Part shown: piece after piece, positions 29,237 to 40,921 of the stretch
Numbering within the stretch: the first letter of the stretch is position 1
Layout of the letters: every line of letters starts with the position of its first letter
Assembly (NCBI GenBank): GCA_965279375.1
Contig: OZ257156.1
Location: 3,648,001 to 3,712,000, forward strand
Length of the DNA stretch: 64,000 bases
Source: Gemmatimonas sp.
GTDB lineage: Bacteria > Gemmatimonadota > Gemmatimonadetes > Gemmatimonadales > Gemmatimonadaceae
Direction of reading: 5' to 3'
Position numbers and translations under genes: made by a program
Notes under the pieces: model-generated
Told to the model about the DNA's origin: nothing
What the model saw: the letters and a program-made list of their open reading frames with translations, nothing else
The model's database searches: none

Positions 29237-30553
29237 ATGGTCGGGTCGGCGGAGATTCTCGCAGCGTTCCGCGAACTGTCCAATTCGAAGCAGCTTGACC
29301 GGACGGAACTGCATGGGCTCCTGCAGGACGGCATTCATGCCGCCCTGGCGAAAAAGCACGGAGCCAACGTGCAGGCCGAGGTCGAGATTGACGAGGACAA
29401 GGGCGCCATCCGCATCGTGCTACTCAAGACGGTGGTCGAGGAGGTGACCGACCCCTCGAATCAAGCGTTGCTCGAAGAGGCACGGTTCGTTGATCCTGAG
29501 TTCCAGATCGGCGACGTCATGGAAATTCCGGTGGACTTCGCCGAGTTCGGCCGCACGGCCGTGCAGGCAGCGAAGCAGCGGATCATCCAGCGTGTCCGTG
29601 AAGGCGAGCGCACGCGCATCCGGGACGAGTTCTCTGGGCGCGTGGGCGATCTGCTTTCGGGCGAAGTGCAGCAGATCGAGCGCGGCAAGCTCGTGGTGAT
29701 GCTCAACAAGTTCCGTGAGGCGGAAGCGATCATTCCGTATCGCGAGCAGAACCATCGCGAGCACTACCATCAGGGCGAGCCGGTGCGCGCGGTCCTGAAG
29801 CGCGTCGAAGATACGCCCAAGGGTCCCCGTCTCATCCTGAGCCGCGCGGACGCCCTGTTCGTGCAGGCGCTCTTCAAGCTCGAAGTGCCGGAAATCCAGC
29901 AGGGGATCGTCGAGATCAAGGCAGCGGCGCGCGAAGTGGGCAGCCGCACCAAGATCGCCGTGACCTCGCGCGAGGACGCAGTCGATCCGGTTGGCGCTTG
30001 CGTCGGCCTCAAGGGATCGCGCGTGCAGGCGGTCGTGAACGAGTTGGGCGGTGAACGTATCGACATCGTGCCGTGGTCGCCCGATCCGGAGCGCTTCGCC
30101 AAGCTGGCGCTCGCGCCGGCCCGCGTGGCCCGCGTGTTCAGCGATGCGCTGACCCGCACGATTCAGGCGGTGGTCGACGAAGATCAGCTCTCGCTGGCCA
30201 TCGGCCGCAACGGACAGAACGTGCGTTTGGCGTCCGAGTTGACCGGCTGGAAGATCGATCTGTATTCGAGCCGCGAATGGATGGAGAAGGGCGGAGAAGC
30301 GCCGCTCTTCGCGCCGTTGCCGGACGAGGCGGAAGGTGAAGTCGATGTGCCGCTGAACGAAATCGAAGGGTTGGAAGTCTCGACGGTCGCCGTCCTCGCG
30401 GACGCTGGCTATCGCACGCTCAACGACATCCTCGATCTCGATCGCGACGACCTGCTGCGTCTGCCCGGCATCGCGCCGGAAGAAGCGGATCGCATCATGT
30501 CGATCATCGATGAGCTGACCACGGAAGACGACGCGGGTGGCGGGAACGGGTGA
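29237..30553 (+). CDS. nusA: Transcription factor NusA
   Basis: FGRTAVQAAKQ, LEVPEI, DPVGACVG, LSLAIGRNGQNVRLA. Confidence 0.97.
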   Translation: MVGSAEILAAFRELSNSKQLDRTELHGLLQDGIHAALAKKHGANVQAEVEIDEDKGAIRIVLLKTVVEEVTDPSNQALLEEARFVDPEFQIGDVMEIPVDFAEFGRTAVQAAKQRIIQRVREGERTRIRDEFSGRVGDLLSGEVQQIERGKLVVMLNKFREAEAIIPYREQNHREHYHQGEPVRAVLKRVEDTPKGPRLILSRADALFVQALFKLEVPEIQQGIVEIKAAAREVGSRTKIAVTSREDAVDPVGACVGLKGSRVQAVVNELGGERIDIVPWSPDPERFAKLALAPARVARVFSDALTRTIQAVVDEDQLSLAIGRNGQNVRLASELTGWKIDLYSSREWMEKGGEAPLFAPLPDEAEGEVDVPLNEIEGLEVSTVAVLADAGYRTLNDILDLDRDDLLRLPGIAPEEADRIMSIIDELTTEDDAGGGNG

Positions 30554-30930
30554 TGTCGACTGATGGCGCAGCGCCGGTCCTCGATGACGCCGTACGCCGC
30601 AAGGTGCTGGCGCTCGTGGGACTGGGGATGCGCGGTCGGCTGGTTGTAGTGGGAGTGGAGCAAGTGCGGATGGCGGCAACCAAGGGCACCCTGCAGCTGG
30701 CGCTCGTTGCGACCGACGTTTCGCGACACTCGCTCGACAAGGTGTTGCCGGTGCTGCGCGCGAAACGCGTGGAAGTGCTGGAGTGGCAGAGTGCGGTGGA
30801 GTTGGGCGGTGCCGTAGGACGTGAGACGACGGCAGCGGTAGGAATCGTAGATCAGGCGCTGGCGCGCGGTATCCGTGGCGCCGTAGCCGGGGCAGCCCCG
30901 GCAGGCGACGCGACGCGCGTTTCGCGGTAG
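30550..30930 (+). CDS. Ribosomal L7Ae/YlxQ family protein
   Basis: LALVGLGMRG.LVVG, ELGGAVGR; conserved position between nusA and infB. Confidence 0.85.
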   Translation: MMSTDGAAPVLDDAVRRKVLALVGLGMRGRLVVVGVEQVRMAATKGTLQLALVATDVSRHSLDKVLPVLRAKRVEVLEWQSAVELGGAVGRETTAAVGIVDQALARGIRGAVAGAAPAGDATRVSR

Positions 30931-30939
30931 GAGGACGGG

Positions 30940-33843
30940 TTGAGCAAGCTTCGTGTGCATGACATGGCGGGTGAGTTCGGTATCTCGGCTGACGAGGTGC
31001 TGGCTTTGCTGCGCCAGATGGATGTCCCGGTTCGCAGCCATCTGACGCTGCTGACGGATGATCAGGTGTCGCGTATTCGTGCGCGGTGGGAGCGGGAAAA
31101 GCGCGTGCGTGCCGAAAAGGCTGCGCCGGCGCCCGCTGCGCCGCGCCGTCGGCGCACGGGTGCTGCGGCCCCCGAAACACCTGCCCCGGTCGCGGAAGTC
31201 GAGGCGTCTGCGCCCACGGTTCGCCGTCGTCGCCGCACCGAAGAGGAGTCGCACGCCGAGGAGGCGCACGACGAACCTGTGATCGAGGCCGCGCCGGTCG
31301 TCGAGGCGCCGGTCGCGCGTACGCCGGAGCCCGAGGTCGCGCCTACGCCGGCCCCGGTCGCTCCCAAGCCCCCGCGCGAAGAGCCCGTGGTGGTCACTGC
31401 TCCGGAGCCGCCGGTCGCCGTCGCGCCCGCACCGGTCGCCGCAGCCCCGGCCACCCCGGAACCGGTCGTGCCCCAGCCCGCGCCGACACCTGTCGTCGCT
31501 CGTGAAGTTGCCGCCGTCGAGCCGCCGCCCGTCGCGGCACCGATTGCGCAGGCAGCACCGACAGCACCAGCGACACCGGCTGTTGCCGCGCCTGCCGCAC
31601 CGGCTGCTCCCGCACCAACGCCGGCGTCATCGCTGCCGCCCGACCGCCCGCGTCCGCGCCCGGTCGTGCCGGGAGCGCCACGTCCGCGCCCGTATTCGTC
31701 TGGCGGATCGCCCAATTTCGGGTCCGCTCGACCGATCGCGTCTGCCGCCCCCGGCGGTGGACTCGGACAGGGACAGCGTCGCGACGATCGCCGTCCGAGC
31801 AACAGTCCGCAGGGACAGAGCAACGCCAACGGACCGGGCAATCCGCCGCCGGGTCCTGCGGGATCGGCCGGATCGCAGCAACGCCGCGGTAAGAAGGGCA
31901 AGCGCGGAGCGGTCGATCAGGAAGCGGTGTCGGCAAACATTACGAAGACGATGACCGCCATGCGCGGCGCGCCGTCTCGTCGAGGTGGTGGCCGTCGCTT
32001 TGGCGCCGACATGCGCGCCGAGATGGAGGAGCAGCGCGTCGCGGCTGCAGAGCGTGAGCGGAAGACCGTGCGCGTCAACGAGTTCATCACGGTATCCGAA
32101 CTCGCGCAGATCCTCGGCGTGCCCGCCACGCAGATCGTCGGCTTCGCATTCAAGACGCTCGGCTTGATGGTCACCATCAACCAGCGCCTCGACTTCGACC
32201 AGATCGAACTGATCGCCGGTGAGTTCGGCTTCCAGGCCGTGAAGGAAAGCGACTACGCCGCCGATCTCACCACCGAAACGGCCGAAGTCGACGATGCAGA
32301 GGATCTGCGTCCTCGTCCGCCCGTCGTCACGATCATGGGTCACGTTGACCATGGTAAGACGTCGCTCCTCGACTACATCCGCAAGGCGAATGTCGTCGCA
32401 GGCGAAGCCGGTGGTATCACGCAGCACATCGGCGCGTATCACGTGGAAGTGGCCGACAAGCGCACGATCACGTTCCTCGACACACCGGGTCACGAAGCGT
32501 TCACCGCCATGCGTGCCCGTGGCGCGCAGGTGACCGACATCGTGGTCATCGTCATCGCGGCCGACGACCAGGTCATGCCGCAGACGGTCGAAGCGATCTC
32601 GCACGCCAAGAGCGCCGGCGTACCGATCATCATCGCCATCAACAAGGTCGACCTCGCGACCGCAAACGTCGCCAAGGTCAAGCAGGATTTGCTGCAGCAC
32701 GATGTCGTGCTCGAAGACTTCGGCGGCACGGTGCTCCACTCGGAGATTTCGGCCAAGAAGGGCACGGGTGTGAAGGATCTCCTCGAGCAGATTCTGCTGC
32801 AGGCGGACATCCTGGAACTCAAGGCCAATCCGTCGCGTCGAGCGGTCGGATCGGTGGTCGAAGCACAGCTCGACCAGGGCAAGGGACCGGTCGCCACCGT
32901 GCTCGTGCAGAACGGTACGCTGCGCGTCGGTGACGACTACATCTGCGGCATCTACTCCGGTCGTGTCCGCGCGCTGCTCGACGAGCGTGGCAAGGCGGTG
33001 AAGTCCGCGGGTCCTGCGATTCCAGTGCAGATCCTCGGTCTGACCGGCGTGCCGATGGCCGGCGATCAGCTCATCGTGGTTGAAGACGCCGCCGAAGCGC
33101 GCGAAATCGCGCAGCGTCGTGAACGCCTCGATCGCGAAGCGAAGAGCCGTCGCACCACGCGTGGTGTCGTCTCGCTCGAAGACTTCATGTCGCAGACGTC
33201 GGCTGGCCAGAAACGCCAGTTGCGTCTCGTCATCAAGGCGGACCAGGGCGGTCCGGCGGAAGCGCTTGCCGACGCGTTGGGTCAGCTCTCCAACCCCGAA
33301 GTCTCGGTGGAAATCCTCCACCGTGGCGTGGGTGCGATCGCCGAAACGGACATTCTGTTGGCCAAGGCGTCTGGCGCCATCATCATCGGCTTCCACGTCC
33401 GCCCCGACAACAACGCCCGCGCGGCAGCCGAGCGCGAAGGCGTCGAGATCAAGCTGTACCGCATCATCTACGAGGCCGTCGCCGATGTGAAGGCCGCCCT
33501 CGAAGGAATGCTGCGCCCGGAAGAACGCGAAGTCGTGTACGGCGAAGCGGCAGTGCGCGAAACGTTCAAGGTTGCGCGCGTTGGCGTCATCGCGGGTTGC
33601 ATGGTTCGCAGTGGCACCATCAACCGGAAGGGACGCGTCCGCGTCATCCGCGATGGCGTCGAGATTTACGATGGTGGCATCGCCTCGCTGCGCCGCTTCA
33701 AGGACGACGTCCAGGAAGTGAAGGAAGGCTACGAGTGCGGTATCGGCATCGAGAACTTCAACGATGTGAAGGTCGGCGACGTGTTCGAGTGCTATCGCAC
33801 CGAGGAAGTCGCACGTACGCTCGACCAGGCATCGAAGTCATAA
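30940..33843 (+). CDS. infB: Translation initiation factor IF-2
   Basis: [31 protein letters not shown]; Pro/Ala-rich N-terminal region. Confidence 0.98.
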   Translation: MSKLRVHDMAGEFGISADEVLALLRQMDVPVRSHLTLLTDDQVSRIRARWEREKRVRAEKAAPAPAAPRRRRTGAAAPETPAPVAEVEASAPTVRRRRRTEEESHAEEAHDEPVIEAAPVVEAPVARTPEPEVAPTPAPVAPKPPREEPVVVTAPEPPVAVAPAPVAAAPATPEPVVPQPAPTPVVAREVAAVEPPPVAAPIAQAAPTAPATPAVAAPAAPAAPAPTPASSLPPDRPRPRPVVPGAPRPRPYSSGGSPNFGSARPIASAAPGGGLGQGQRRDDRRPSNSPQGQSNANGPGNPPPGPAGSAGSQQRRGKKGKRGAVDQEAVSANITKTMTAMRGAPSRRGGGRRFGADMRAEMEEQRVAAAERERKTVRVNEFITVSELAQILGVPATQIVGFAFKTLGLMVTINQRLDFDQIELIAGEFGFQAVKESDYAADLTTETAEVDDAEDLRPRPPVVTIMGHVDHGKTSLLDYIRKANVVAGEAGGITQHIGAYHVEVADKRTITFLDTPGHEAFTAMRARGAQVTDIVVIVIAADDQVMPQTVEAISHAKSAGVPIIIAINKVDLATANVAKVKQDLLQHDVVLEDFGGTVLHSEISAKKGTGVKDLLEQILLQADILELKANPSRRAVGSVVEAQLDQGKGPVATVLVQNGTLRVGDDYICGIYSGRVRALLDERGKAVKSAGPAIPVQILGLTGVPMAGDQLIVVEDAAEAREIAQRRERLDREAKSRRTTRGVVSLEDFMSQTSAGQKRQLRLVIKADQGGPAEALADALGQLSNPEVSVEILHRGVGAIAETDILLAKASGAIIIGFHVRPDNNARAAAEREGVEIKLYRIIYEAVADVKAALEGMLRPEEREVVYGEAAVRETFKVARVGVIAGCMVRSGTINRKGRVRVIRDGVEIYDGGIASLRRFKDDVQEVKEGYECGIGIENFNDVKVGDVFECYRTEEVARTLDQASKS

Positions 33844-33852
33844 GGAGGCATC

Positions 33853-34272
33853 ATGGCCGACCCGCGACGTCCTGATCGCGTTGCAGAGGCCATCCGCGAA
33901 CAGGTGGCGACCTTCCTCTCGGAAGGCGCCAAGGACCCGCGGATTCGTGGATTCGTCACCGTCACCGCGGTGGAGATGACACGCGACCTCCGGCATGCCA
34001 ACGTGTTCGTCAGTGTGATGGGTGACGACGACGCAACGAAGGCGACCTTTGAAGGACTCGCCAGCGTTGCGTCGCACCTGCGTTCCATGCTTGGCAAGAC
34101 GCTGCGTCTGCGCAATGCGCCGGAAATCCACTTCAAGGCGGACGAAAGCATCGCGCGTGCTTCTCGCATCGAGCAGCTGCTCGCTCAAGTGAGAAACGAA
34201 CGCGAGGCGGAAGACGCGCCCGCGCAGGGCGCGACCGCACCGTCGGACGGCGTTTCGCCGTCCGACGGCTGA
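33853..34272 (+). CDS. rbfA: Ribosome-binding factor A
   Basis: RVAEAIRE, KDPR, VTVTAV, LRNAPEIHF. Confidence 0.95.
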   Translation: MADPRRPDRVAEAIREQVATFLSEGAKDPRIRGFVTVTAVEMTRDLRHANVFVSVMGDDDATKATFEGLASVASHLRSMLGKTLRLRNAPEIHFKADESIARASRIEQLLAQVRNEREAEDAPAQGATAPSDGVSPSDG

Positions 34273-34309
34273 CGGTTCGCGCAGCACGCGCTACCAACGC
34301 ACGCTCGCA

Positions 34310-35218
34310 GTGGACGGTCTGTTGTACGTGGATAAGCCCGTTGGCATCACCTCGCACGATGTCGTCGCGGTGGTGCGACGCGCCGCTCGCTCCAAACGGG
34401 TAGGCCACGCCGGTACGCTCGATCCATTTGCCACCGGTCTCCTGGTCCTCGGCATCGGACAGTGCACGCGGCTCCTGCCGTACATCGTCGCTGAGCCAAA
34501 GGTCTACGACGCACGCATCCGCTTCGACTGCGAAACCGATACCGATGATGCGACTGGTGCGCCCACGGTGCACGCGTCGGCGCCGGCATTTGCAGATCCC
34601 GCGGTGATGAGCGCGCTGCACCGTGCCATCGCGTCACTCACCGGCACGATCGCACAGACACCGCCAGCCTATTCCGCAAAGCACGTGGACGGCCAGCGTG
34701 CATATGCGCTCGCCCGTCGCGGTGCGCCGGTGGAATTGCCGCCCGTTGATGTCACCATACATCAGTGGGACGTGCTCGCCGTTGGCGACGGATTTATCGA
34801 CGTTCGCATCACCTGCGCCGGCGGCACCTACGTGCGTGCACTGGCTCGCGATCTCGGGCGCGCGATGCACAGCGCGGCGCACTGCGAGACGCTGCGTCGC
34901 GTCTCCAGCGGTCCGGCGCATGTCGACAACGCTACGCGACTCGAAGACCTCGTGCCGGGCGCCATCGCGGATCGCGTCGTGGCGCTGCGCTCGCCACTCG
35001 CCGCGCTCGGCGATATCGCAACGGAGTTACTCGACGAGGCGGCCATTGCCGATCTGTCGCAGGGGCGTGCACTCGCCGCGACGGGGGCAGGGGAGACGGT
35101 CGCCTTTGTTCGCGCGCACAACACCGGCGATACGACGATGGACGTGCTCGGCATTGGTGTGCGCACTCCGGGCGATCGGTGGCAACCGCGCGTCGTCCTG
35201 CTCGGTGGTGCGTCATGA
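34310..35218 (+). CDS. truB: tRNA pseudouridine(55) synthase
   Basis: DKPVGITSHDVV, GHAGTLDPFATG, PPAYSA, GTYVRALARD. Confidence 0.95.
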   Translation: MDGLLYVDKPVGITSHDVVAVVRRAARSKRVGHAGTLDPFATGLLVLGIGQCTRLLPYIVAEPKVYDARIRFDCETDTDDATGAPTVHASAPAFADPAVMSALHRAIASLTGTIAQTPPAYSAKHVDGQRAYALARRGAPVELPPVDVTIHQWDVLAVGDGFIDVRITCAGGTYVRALARDLGRAMHSAAHCETLRRVSSGPAHVDNATRLEDLVPGAIADRVVALRSPLAALGDIATELLDEAAIADLSQGRALAATGAGETVAFVRAHNTGDTTMDVLGIGVRTPGDRWQPRVVLLGGAS

Positions 35219-36207
35219 CGCGAGTAGTACGAGGTGAAACCGCGGCCGATCTCGGCGGACTTCCACTGCAGGATCGCGGCGCCGTCATCACCGTCGGCAC
35301 GTTCGATGGTGTGCATCGCGGCCATCAGGATGTGCTCCGCCAACTCGTGGCGCACGCAGAGCGCGCGGACCGTCCGTCCGTCGTCATCACTTTCGAGCCA
35401 CATCCGCTCGAGATCGTGAATCCGGCCGCCGCGCCGCCTCTGTTGACGTTGCTCGATGAAAAGTTGGAGCAGTTCGTACAGTCCGGCGTCTCGTATGTGG
35501 CAGTGTTGCCCTTCACACCCACGCTGGCGGCCTACGAAGCCTCGCAATTCGTCGATGAAGTCCTGCGCGCACGATTCGCGCTGGCCGAATTGCTCGTGGG
35601 ACACGACCACGGTTTTGGACGCGGGCGACTGGGCGACATCGAGGTCCTGCGCGGTCTCGCCGAGAAGCATGGGTTCGGCATGACCGTGCTGCCGCCGGTG
35701 CACTCGACCAACGGCGAAGCGATCTCCTCGACCATGATTCGTCGCGCCATCGCGGCCGGTGACCTGCAACTCGCTGCAACCGGGCTCGGCCGTTTCTACA
35801 GCTTGAGCGGTCGCGTCGTCGGAGGCGATCGTCGTGGACGTCTGCTCGGCTACCCCACGCTCAATCTGTCGCCGCCGACCGATCGAAAACTGCTGCCACT
35901 GGACGGGGTCTACGCGATCCGCGCGCAGACCCCGCAGGGCGCCTTTGGCGGCATGCTCAACCTTGGGCCGCGCCCCACGTTCGGTGATCCGGAGCGTCGT
36001 ATCGAGGCGCATGTCTTCGATGCCAGCCACGACTGGTACGGGGCGCCGGTCCGATTGGACTTCGTGGCGAGACTGCGCGAGACGCGCGCGTTCAGCGGAA
36101 TGGATGCACTGCGCGAGCAGTTGGCCACCGATGAGACGCAGGCACGGGCAGCATTGCAGGAGAATCTTCCGGCCGTTGAACTACCGCACCGCCGGAATGA
36201 CGCCTAA
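35215..36207 (+). CDS. ribF: Bifunctional riboflavin kinase/FAD synthetase
   Basis: GTFDGVHRGHQ, TFEPHP, ISST.IR, GRLLGYPTLN, GPRPTF, IEAH. Confidence 0.95.
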   Translation: MTRVVRGETAADLGGLPLQDRGAVITVGTFDGVHRGHQDVLRQLVAHAERADRPSVVITFEPHPLEIVNPAAAPPLLTLLDEKLEQFVQSGVSYVAVLPFTPTLAAYEASQFVDEVLRARFALAELLVGHDHGFGRGRLGDIEVLRGLAEKHGFGMTVLPPVHSTNGEAISSTMIRRAIAAGDLQLAATGLGRFYSLSGRVVGGDRRGRLLGYPTLNLSPPTDRKLLPLDGVYAIRAQTPQGAFGGMLNLGPRPTFGDPERRIEAHVFDASHDWYGAPVRLDFVARLRETRAFSGMDALREQLATDETQARAALQENLPAVELPHRRNDA

Positions 36208-36331
36208 GTTTCGAGGCTAGGCGCATTTCGCGCCGCATTCACTGGTCGGGCCCGGTCCTGCATCGCAGGTTCGACCGCGATCCACCCGGCGGCGCGTTGC
36301 CGACCGTTCTCACCCCTGGCCACCGGCATCG

Positions 36332-38002
36332 ATGGCGAACTTGAAGTACCGCGTCCTGCTCATTGTGGGACTCCTCGCGGCCTCCGCGTGGGCTCTCTTT
36401 CCGCGCACCGTTGTCGAACGGGTCAAGCGCGATGGCGTTTTCGTCTACGACACGGTCAAGCGCGTTCCGCTCAAGCGCGGACTTGATCTCCAGGGTGGTA
36501 TGCATCTCACCCTCGAAGTCGACGAATCCAAGCAGGCGGTCGCGAACAAGTCCGAGGCGCTCGATCGCGCTCTCAAGGTTGTCCGTCAGCGCATCGACGA
36601 GTTCGGCGTCTCCGAGCCCGTCGTGCAGAAGGCCGGTGACGAACGGCTGATCGTCGAACTCCCTGGCATCGATGACGCCGCGCGCGCGCAGGACGTCGTG
36701 CAGAAGTCGGCGTTCCTCGAGTTCCAGATCACCGACAAGACGCAGGCGCTCGAGCGCAGCCTCGCGCGCTTCGACGAAATCGCGCGCGCCGCTGGCATCA
36801 GTGTTGGAGACGCCAAGCTTGGCGCCGACACGGCCAAGAAGACTGGTGTGACGTCGCTGCTCACGCAGACGACCGACACCACCAAGAAGGATTCCACGGG
36901 CAAGGCAGTCGCCTCCGCCGGTACGGATTCCGCGGCCAAGACGCCGGCGCAAACGGGCGGCTTGTTCGCGTCCAACGTGCAGCCGGGCCAGCTTCCGGGT
37001 CAGTACATCATCGCCGAGTCGGCGTACGGTGCGTTCGAACGCGCGCTGGCGTTGCCGGCCATGCAGGACGCGATGCCGCCGGGCAAGGTGATCCGTTGGG
37101 GCGTCGATTCGCTCGTCAACGGCACGCAGCGTTTCCGCGCTTTCTACGTGCTCGACTCGCGCCCGATCATCACCGGTGAAGTGCTCACCGACGCGCGTCC
37201 GTCCACCGATCCGGTGGAAGGCAACGTCGTGCAGTTCACGCTCAACAACGAAGGCGCGCGTCGCTTCAAGACCGAGACGGGCAAGCACGTCAAGGACAAC
37301 ATGGCCATCGTGCTCGACCAGCGGGTCGTCACGGCGCCGGTGCTCAACAGTGCGATCGGTCGCAACGGGCAGATCACGCTCGGCGGCGGTTCGCTGCAGT
37401 CCGCACAGGACTTGGCGCTCGTGCTGCGTGCCGGTGCATTGCCCGTGCCTCTCAAGGTCGCCGAAGTGCGCAGCATCGGCGCCAGCCTCGGACAGGACTC
37501 GATCAACAAGGGCGTGATTGCACTGGCGATCGCGCTGCTGCTGATCGTTGGCATCATGATCGGCTACTACCGCTTCTCCGGCATGCTCGCCGTCGCGGGC
37601 CTGATCCTGTACCTCGTGTACACGCTCGCGACGCTGGCCGGCTTCCACGCCGTCCTGACGCTGCCCGGTCTCGCCGGCTTCGTGCTCTCCATCGGTATCG
37701 CCGTCGACGCCAACGTGCTGATCTTCGAGCGCATCCGCGAAGAACTCGATCACGGCAAGTCGGTTCGCCTCTCGATCGACGAAGGCTTCCGCCACGCGAT
37801 GAGCGCCATCGTCGACACGTCGGCCACTACGATCCTCTCCGGCATGGTGCTGTATCAGTACGGCACGGGTCCCGTGCGCGGCTTTGCCGTCACGCTCGTC
37901 GCGGGCGTTGTCGCCTCACTGTTCACGTCGATCTTCGTGAGCAAGACCTTCTTCCTGATCTGGATGAACCGCTCGCGCGGCGCCCAGGCGCTGAGCATCT
38001 GA
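36332..38002 (+). CDS. secD: Protein translocase subunit SecD
   Basis: [42 protein letters not shown]. Confidence 0.97.
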   Translation: MANLKYRVLLIVGLLAASAWALFPRTVVERVKRDGVFVYDTVKRVPLKRGLDLQGGMHLTLEVDESKQAVANKSEALDRALKVVRQRIDEFGVSEPVVQKAGDERLIVELPGIDDAARAQDVVQKSAFLEFQITDKTQALERSLARFDEIARAAGISVGDAKLGADTAKKTGVTSLLTQTTDTTKKDSTGKAVASAGTDSAAKTPAQTGGLFASNVQPGQLPGQYIIAESAYGAFERALALPAMQDAMPPGKVIRWGVDSLVNGTQRFRAFYVLDSRPIITGEVLTDARPSTDPVEGNVVQFTLNNEGARRFKTETGKHVKDNMAIVLDQRVVTAPVLNSAIGRNGQITLGGGSLQSAQDLALVLRAGALPVPLKVAEVRSIGASLGQDSINKGVIALAIALLLIVGIMIGYYRFSGMLAVAGLILYLVYTLATLAGFHAVLTLPGLAGFVLSIGIAVDANVLIFERIREELDHGKSVRLSIDEGFRHAMSAIVDTSATTILSGMVLYQYGTGPVRGFAVTLVAGVVASLFTSIFVSKTFFLIWMNRSRGAQALSI

Positions 38003-38009
38003 GGCTACC

Positions 38010-39026
38010 ATGATTCGTATCTTCCATCACTCCAAGTACGAGTTCGTTCGTCACTGGCGCATCGCGGCCGGCCTGACGCTGGCGTTCATCGCGGCTGGCT
38101 TGGTCACATTTGCCATCACCGGCGGCGTGAACTACAGCATCGAGTTCACCGGCGGCACGCTCATGCAGGTGCAGTTCAAGCAGCCGCCTGACGTCGCCGT
38201 CGTTCGCGGCACGCTCGACAAGGCCGGCATCACCGGCGCGGAAATCCAGCAGTTCGGCGCGGCGACGGACTACACGATCCGCGCACGCGAAGAAAAGCAG
38301 GTCGAGTCGCAGGCCGCGGGTGCGGAAGGCATCTCCAAGAAGATCGAGACTGCGCTCAACCAGCAGTTCGGCGCCGGCGCGATGACCGTTGTCCGCACCG
38401 AAGCCGTCGGACCCAAAGTCGGTAGTGAGCTGCGTCAGGGCGCGTTCCTCGCGATGATCATCACGTCGATCCTGACGATGATCTATCTCGGCATTCGCTT
38501 CGACTGGCGCTTCGGACTTGCTGCGGTGCTCTCCACGGCGCACGACATTCTGGTGACCTTCGCGTTCATCAAGCTGATGCATCTCGAAGTCTCGCTCACG
38601 GTCGTCGCGGCCATTCTGACACTGCTCGGCTACTCCGCCAACGACACCATCATCATCTTCGACCGCGTGCGCGAAGATCTGCGCAAGCGGACCAAGGGTG
38701 AGTCGATGGCGGCCGTGCTCGATCGCGCGATCAACGAAACGCTGCCGCGTTCCGTCATGACGCACGCAACGACACTCGCTGCCACGCTCGCGCTGCTCTT
38801 CTTCGCCGGTGAAGTGATCCGTCCGTTCGCGTGGGTCATGGCGTTCGGTATCTTCGTCGCCACCTTCTCGTCGATCTACGTCGCCGGACCGGTGCTCTTG
38901 TGGATCGAGTCCAAGTACCCGCGTGCCGCGTCGGACGCCGCTGGTCGCGCCATGCGTGACACCGGCGCCCCGACGGTTCCGGCGCCCAACAAGCCGCGCG
39001 GCAACGAGCGCGCGGTTGCGCGTTAA
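38010..39026 (+). CDS. secF: Protein translocase subunit SecF
   Basis: IEFTGG, VGPKVGSEL, GYSANDTIIIFDRVRE. Confidence 0.97.
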   Translation: MIRIFHHSKYEFVRHWRIAAGLTLAFIAAGLVTFAITGGVNYSIEFTGGTLMQVQFKQPPDVAVVRGTLDKAGITGAEIQQFGAATDYTIRAREEKQVESQAAGAEGISKKIETALNQQFGAGAMTVVRTEAVGPKVGSELRQGAFLAMIITSILTMIYLGIRFDWRFGLAAVLSTAHDILVTFAFIKLMHLEVSLTVVAAILTLLGYSANDTIIIFDRVREDLRKRTKGESMAAVLDRAINETLPRSVMTHATTLAATLALLFFAGEVIRPFAWVMAFGIFVATFSSIYVAGPVLLWIESKYPRAASDAAGRAMRDTGAPTVPAPNKPRGNERAVAR

Positions 39027-39041
39027 CCCGACGCAGCGAGC

Positions 39042-39851
39042 GTGAGCGCGGCAGTCTTCGCCGATAGTCACGTCCATCTCGCGGATCCCGCGTTCACAGA
39101 TGATGTGGACGCGGTTGTGGAACGGGCTCGTGCCGCTGGTGCACGGGCCCTTGTTTGTATCGGTGAGTCGCCCGCCACAGCGCTTCGCGCACAGGCCTTG
39201 TCGGCGCGGTATCCCGGAGAAGTCTTTCACACCTGCGGCCTGCACCCGCACGAGGCCGCTGCGTGGGATCCGCAGCTCCATCCGGAGGCCATTCGCGCGG
39301 CCGCGCGCCTCGGCGCCGTCGCCGTCGGGGAATGCGGTCTCGACTACCACTACGACAACGCCCCACGCGAGCAGCAGCGGCGCGTGCTCGCCGCGCAGAT
39401 CGAGCTCGCGGCGGAGCTCTCGTTGCCGATTGTGTTGCACACGCGTGACGCCGATGCAGACACAGAATCGATGCTGCGCGATGCCATCGCCGCCGACGTG
39501 CGCGGTGTATTGCACTGCTTCACCGGCACGGTCGCGCTCGCGGAAGCGGGACTCGCCGCGGGATGGTACGTCTCCTTCAGCGGCATCATTACTTTCAAGT
39601 CGTGGACCGACGAGGCACTTCTCAAGATGGTGCCCGACGACCGGCTGTTGATCGAATCCGACGCGCCATATTTGGCGCCGGTGCCGTACCGCGGGAAACG
39701 CAACGAGTCTGCCTACGTCTCGCGTACACTCGAGAAACTGGCGGTCGTTCGCGGGACCTCCGCGGAAGTTCTGGGGTTCACTGCCTTGGCCAACACGCAG
39801 CGTCTGTTCGCGCTGCCGACTTCGCTGACACACACCGAGACCACATCCTGA
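39042..39851 (+). CDS. tatD: TatD family hydrolase/DNase
   Basis: DSHVHL, GLHPH, GECGLDY, LHTRDA, LHCF, ESDAPYLAP. Confidence 0.93.
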   Translation: MSAAVFADSHVHLADPAFTDDVDAVVERARAAGARALVCIGESPATALRAQALSARYPGEVFHTCGLHPHEAAAWDPQLHPEAIRAAARLGAVAVGECGLDYHYDNAPREQQRRVLAAQIELAAELSLPIVLHTRDADADTESMLRDAIAADVRGVLHCFTGTVALAEAGLAAGWYVSFSGIITFKSWTDEALLKMVPDDRLLIESDAPYLAPVPYRGKRNESAYVSRTLEKLAVVRGTSAEVLGFTALANTQRLFALPTSLTHTETTS

Positions 39852-39853
39852 CC

Positions 39854-40243
39854 ATGTCCATCGAAACGCTGCACACTGATCACGCCCCCAAGGCGATCGG
39901 CCCGTATGCGCAGGCCGTGCGCGCGAATGGCTTTCTGTTCACCGCCGGACAGATCGCGTTGGATCCCGTCACGATGGAAGTCGTCTCCACCGATGTTGGC
40001 GAGCAGACGGTGCAGGTGCTCAAGAATCTTGGTGCCGTACTCGAAGCGGCTGGCGCCTCGTGGGGCGACGTGGTGAAGACCACCGTCTTCATTCGCGACA
40101 TGGCCGACTTCGCCGCAGTCAATGCGGTCTACGCGTCGGTGTTTGGCGATGCACGCCCCGCGCGTTCCACCGTTGCCGTCGCGGGCCTGCCGCGCGACGT
40201 GCGCGTGGAGATCGAAGCGATAGTCGCGCTGCCCGCGAACTAG
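39854..40243 (+). CDS. ridA: RidA family enamine/imine deaminase
   Basis: APKAIGPYAQA, AGQI, KTTVF, PARS, VEIEAI. Confidence 0.92.
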   Translation: MSIETLHTDHAPKAIGPYAQAVRANGFLFTAGQIALDPVTMEVVSTDVGEQTVQVLKNLGAVLEAAGASWGDVVKTTVFIRDMADFAAVNAVYASVFGDARPARSTVAVAGLPRDVRVEIEAIVALPAN

Positions 40244-40249
40244 GCAAGC

Positions 40250-40921
40250 GTGTCCCAGCGCCCAGCGATCACGATGTTCGCGCGACCTCTGATGCGTGGC
40301 GTTCCAGCGCCACGTCTCGAACGTATTCGCGCGCTCCTGCTGGGCGCCGCACTTTCTTTTGTTGCGTCGTCTGTAGTCACCGCGCAGACGCCGGACACCA
40401 CCAAGCGGGCGGTTCCTGCCGACAGCGCCAAAGCCGCCACGGCGCGTGCACCGCGCGTTCCGCGCGCGCCTGCACTCATCACACGACTCGCACCACCAAT
40501 CACCCCCAAGCGCGCGTTCCTGTATTCACTCGCGCTCCCGGGCTTCGGACAGTCGCGGCTCGACCGCGGAGTCTCCGGCGCACTCTTCTCGGGCGTAGAA
40601 CTTAGTGCGATCACCATGCTCAGGCGCAGCAGCGCCGATCTGCGTGAAGCCCGCCGCTACCTGAGCGATTCGCTGCCGATCACGTTCAACGCGAACGGCA
40701 CGACCGCCACGCCGGTCGGCCGCAGCCCCAACGCGTACACAGCGGACCTCATTCGCACGCGGCGACTCCACGTCGAAGACTGGCTCGCCGTGCTGGCGTT
40801 CAATCACCTGCTGTCCGGCGCAGACGCCTTTGTCTCGGCGCAGCTCTGGGACGTCCCCGTCAAGCTGGCGGCGTTGCCGCGCCCAGACGGCGCGGTGCTC
40901 GTCGCGACGATCCGTTGGTAG
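40250..40921 (+). CDS. Hypothetical exported/membrane protein (DUF5683-like)
   Basis: Signal-like segment; PKRAFLYSLALPGFGQ motif. Confidence 0.6.
   Translation: MSQRPAITMFARPLMRGVPAPRLERIRALLLGAALSFVASSVVTAQTPDTTKRAVPADSAKAATARAPRVPRAPALITRLAPPITPKRAFLYSLALPGFGQSRLDRGVSGALFSGVELSAITMLRRSSADLREARRYLSDSLPITFNANGTTATPVGRSPNAYTADLIRTRRLHVEDWLAVLAFNHLLSGADAFVSAQLWDVPVKLAALPRPDGAVLVATIRW

Noticed and set aside
31260..31700. Repetitive Pro/Ala-rich DNA in infB
   Set aside because: Ordinary low-complexity IF-2 N-terminal linker, not a repeat array.
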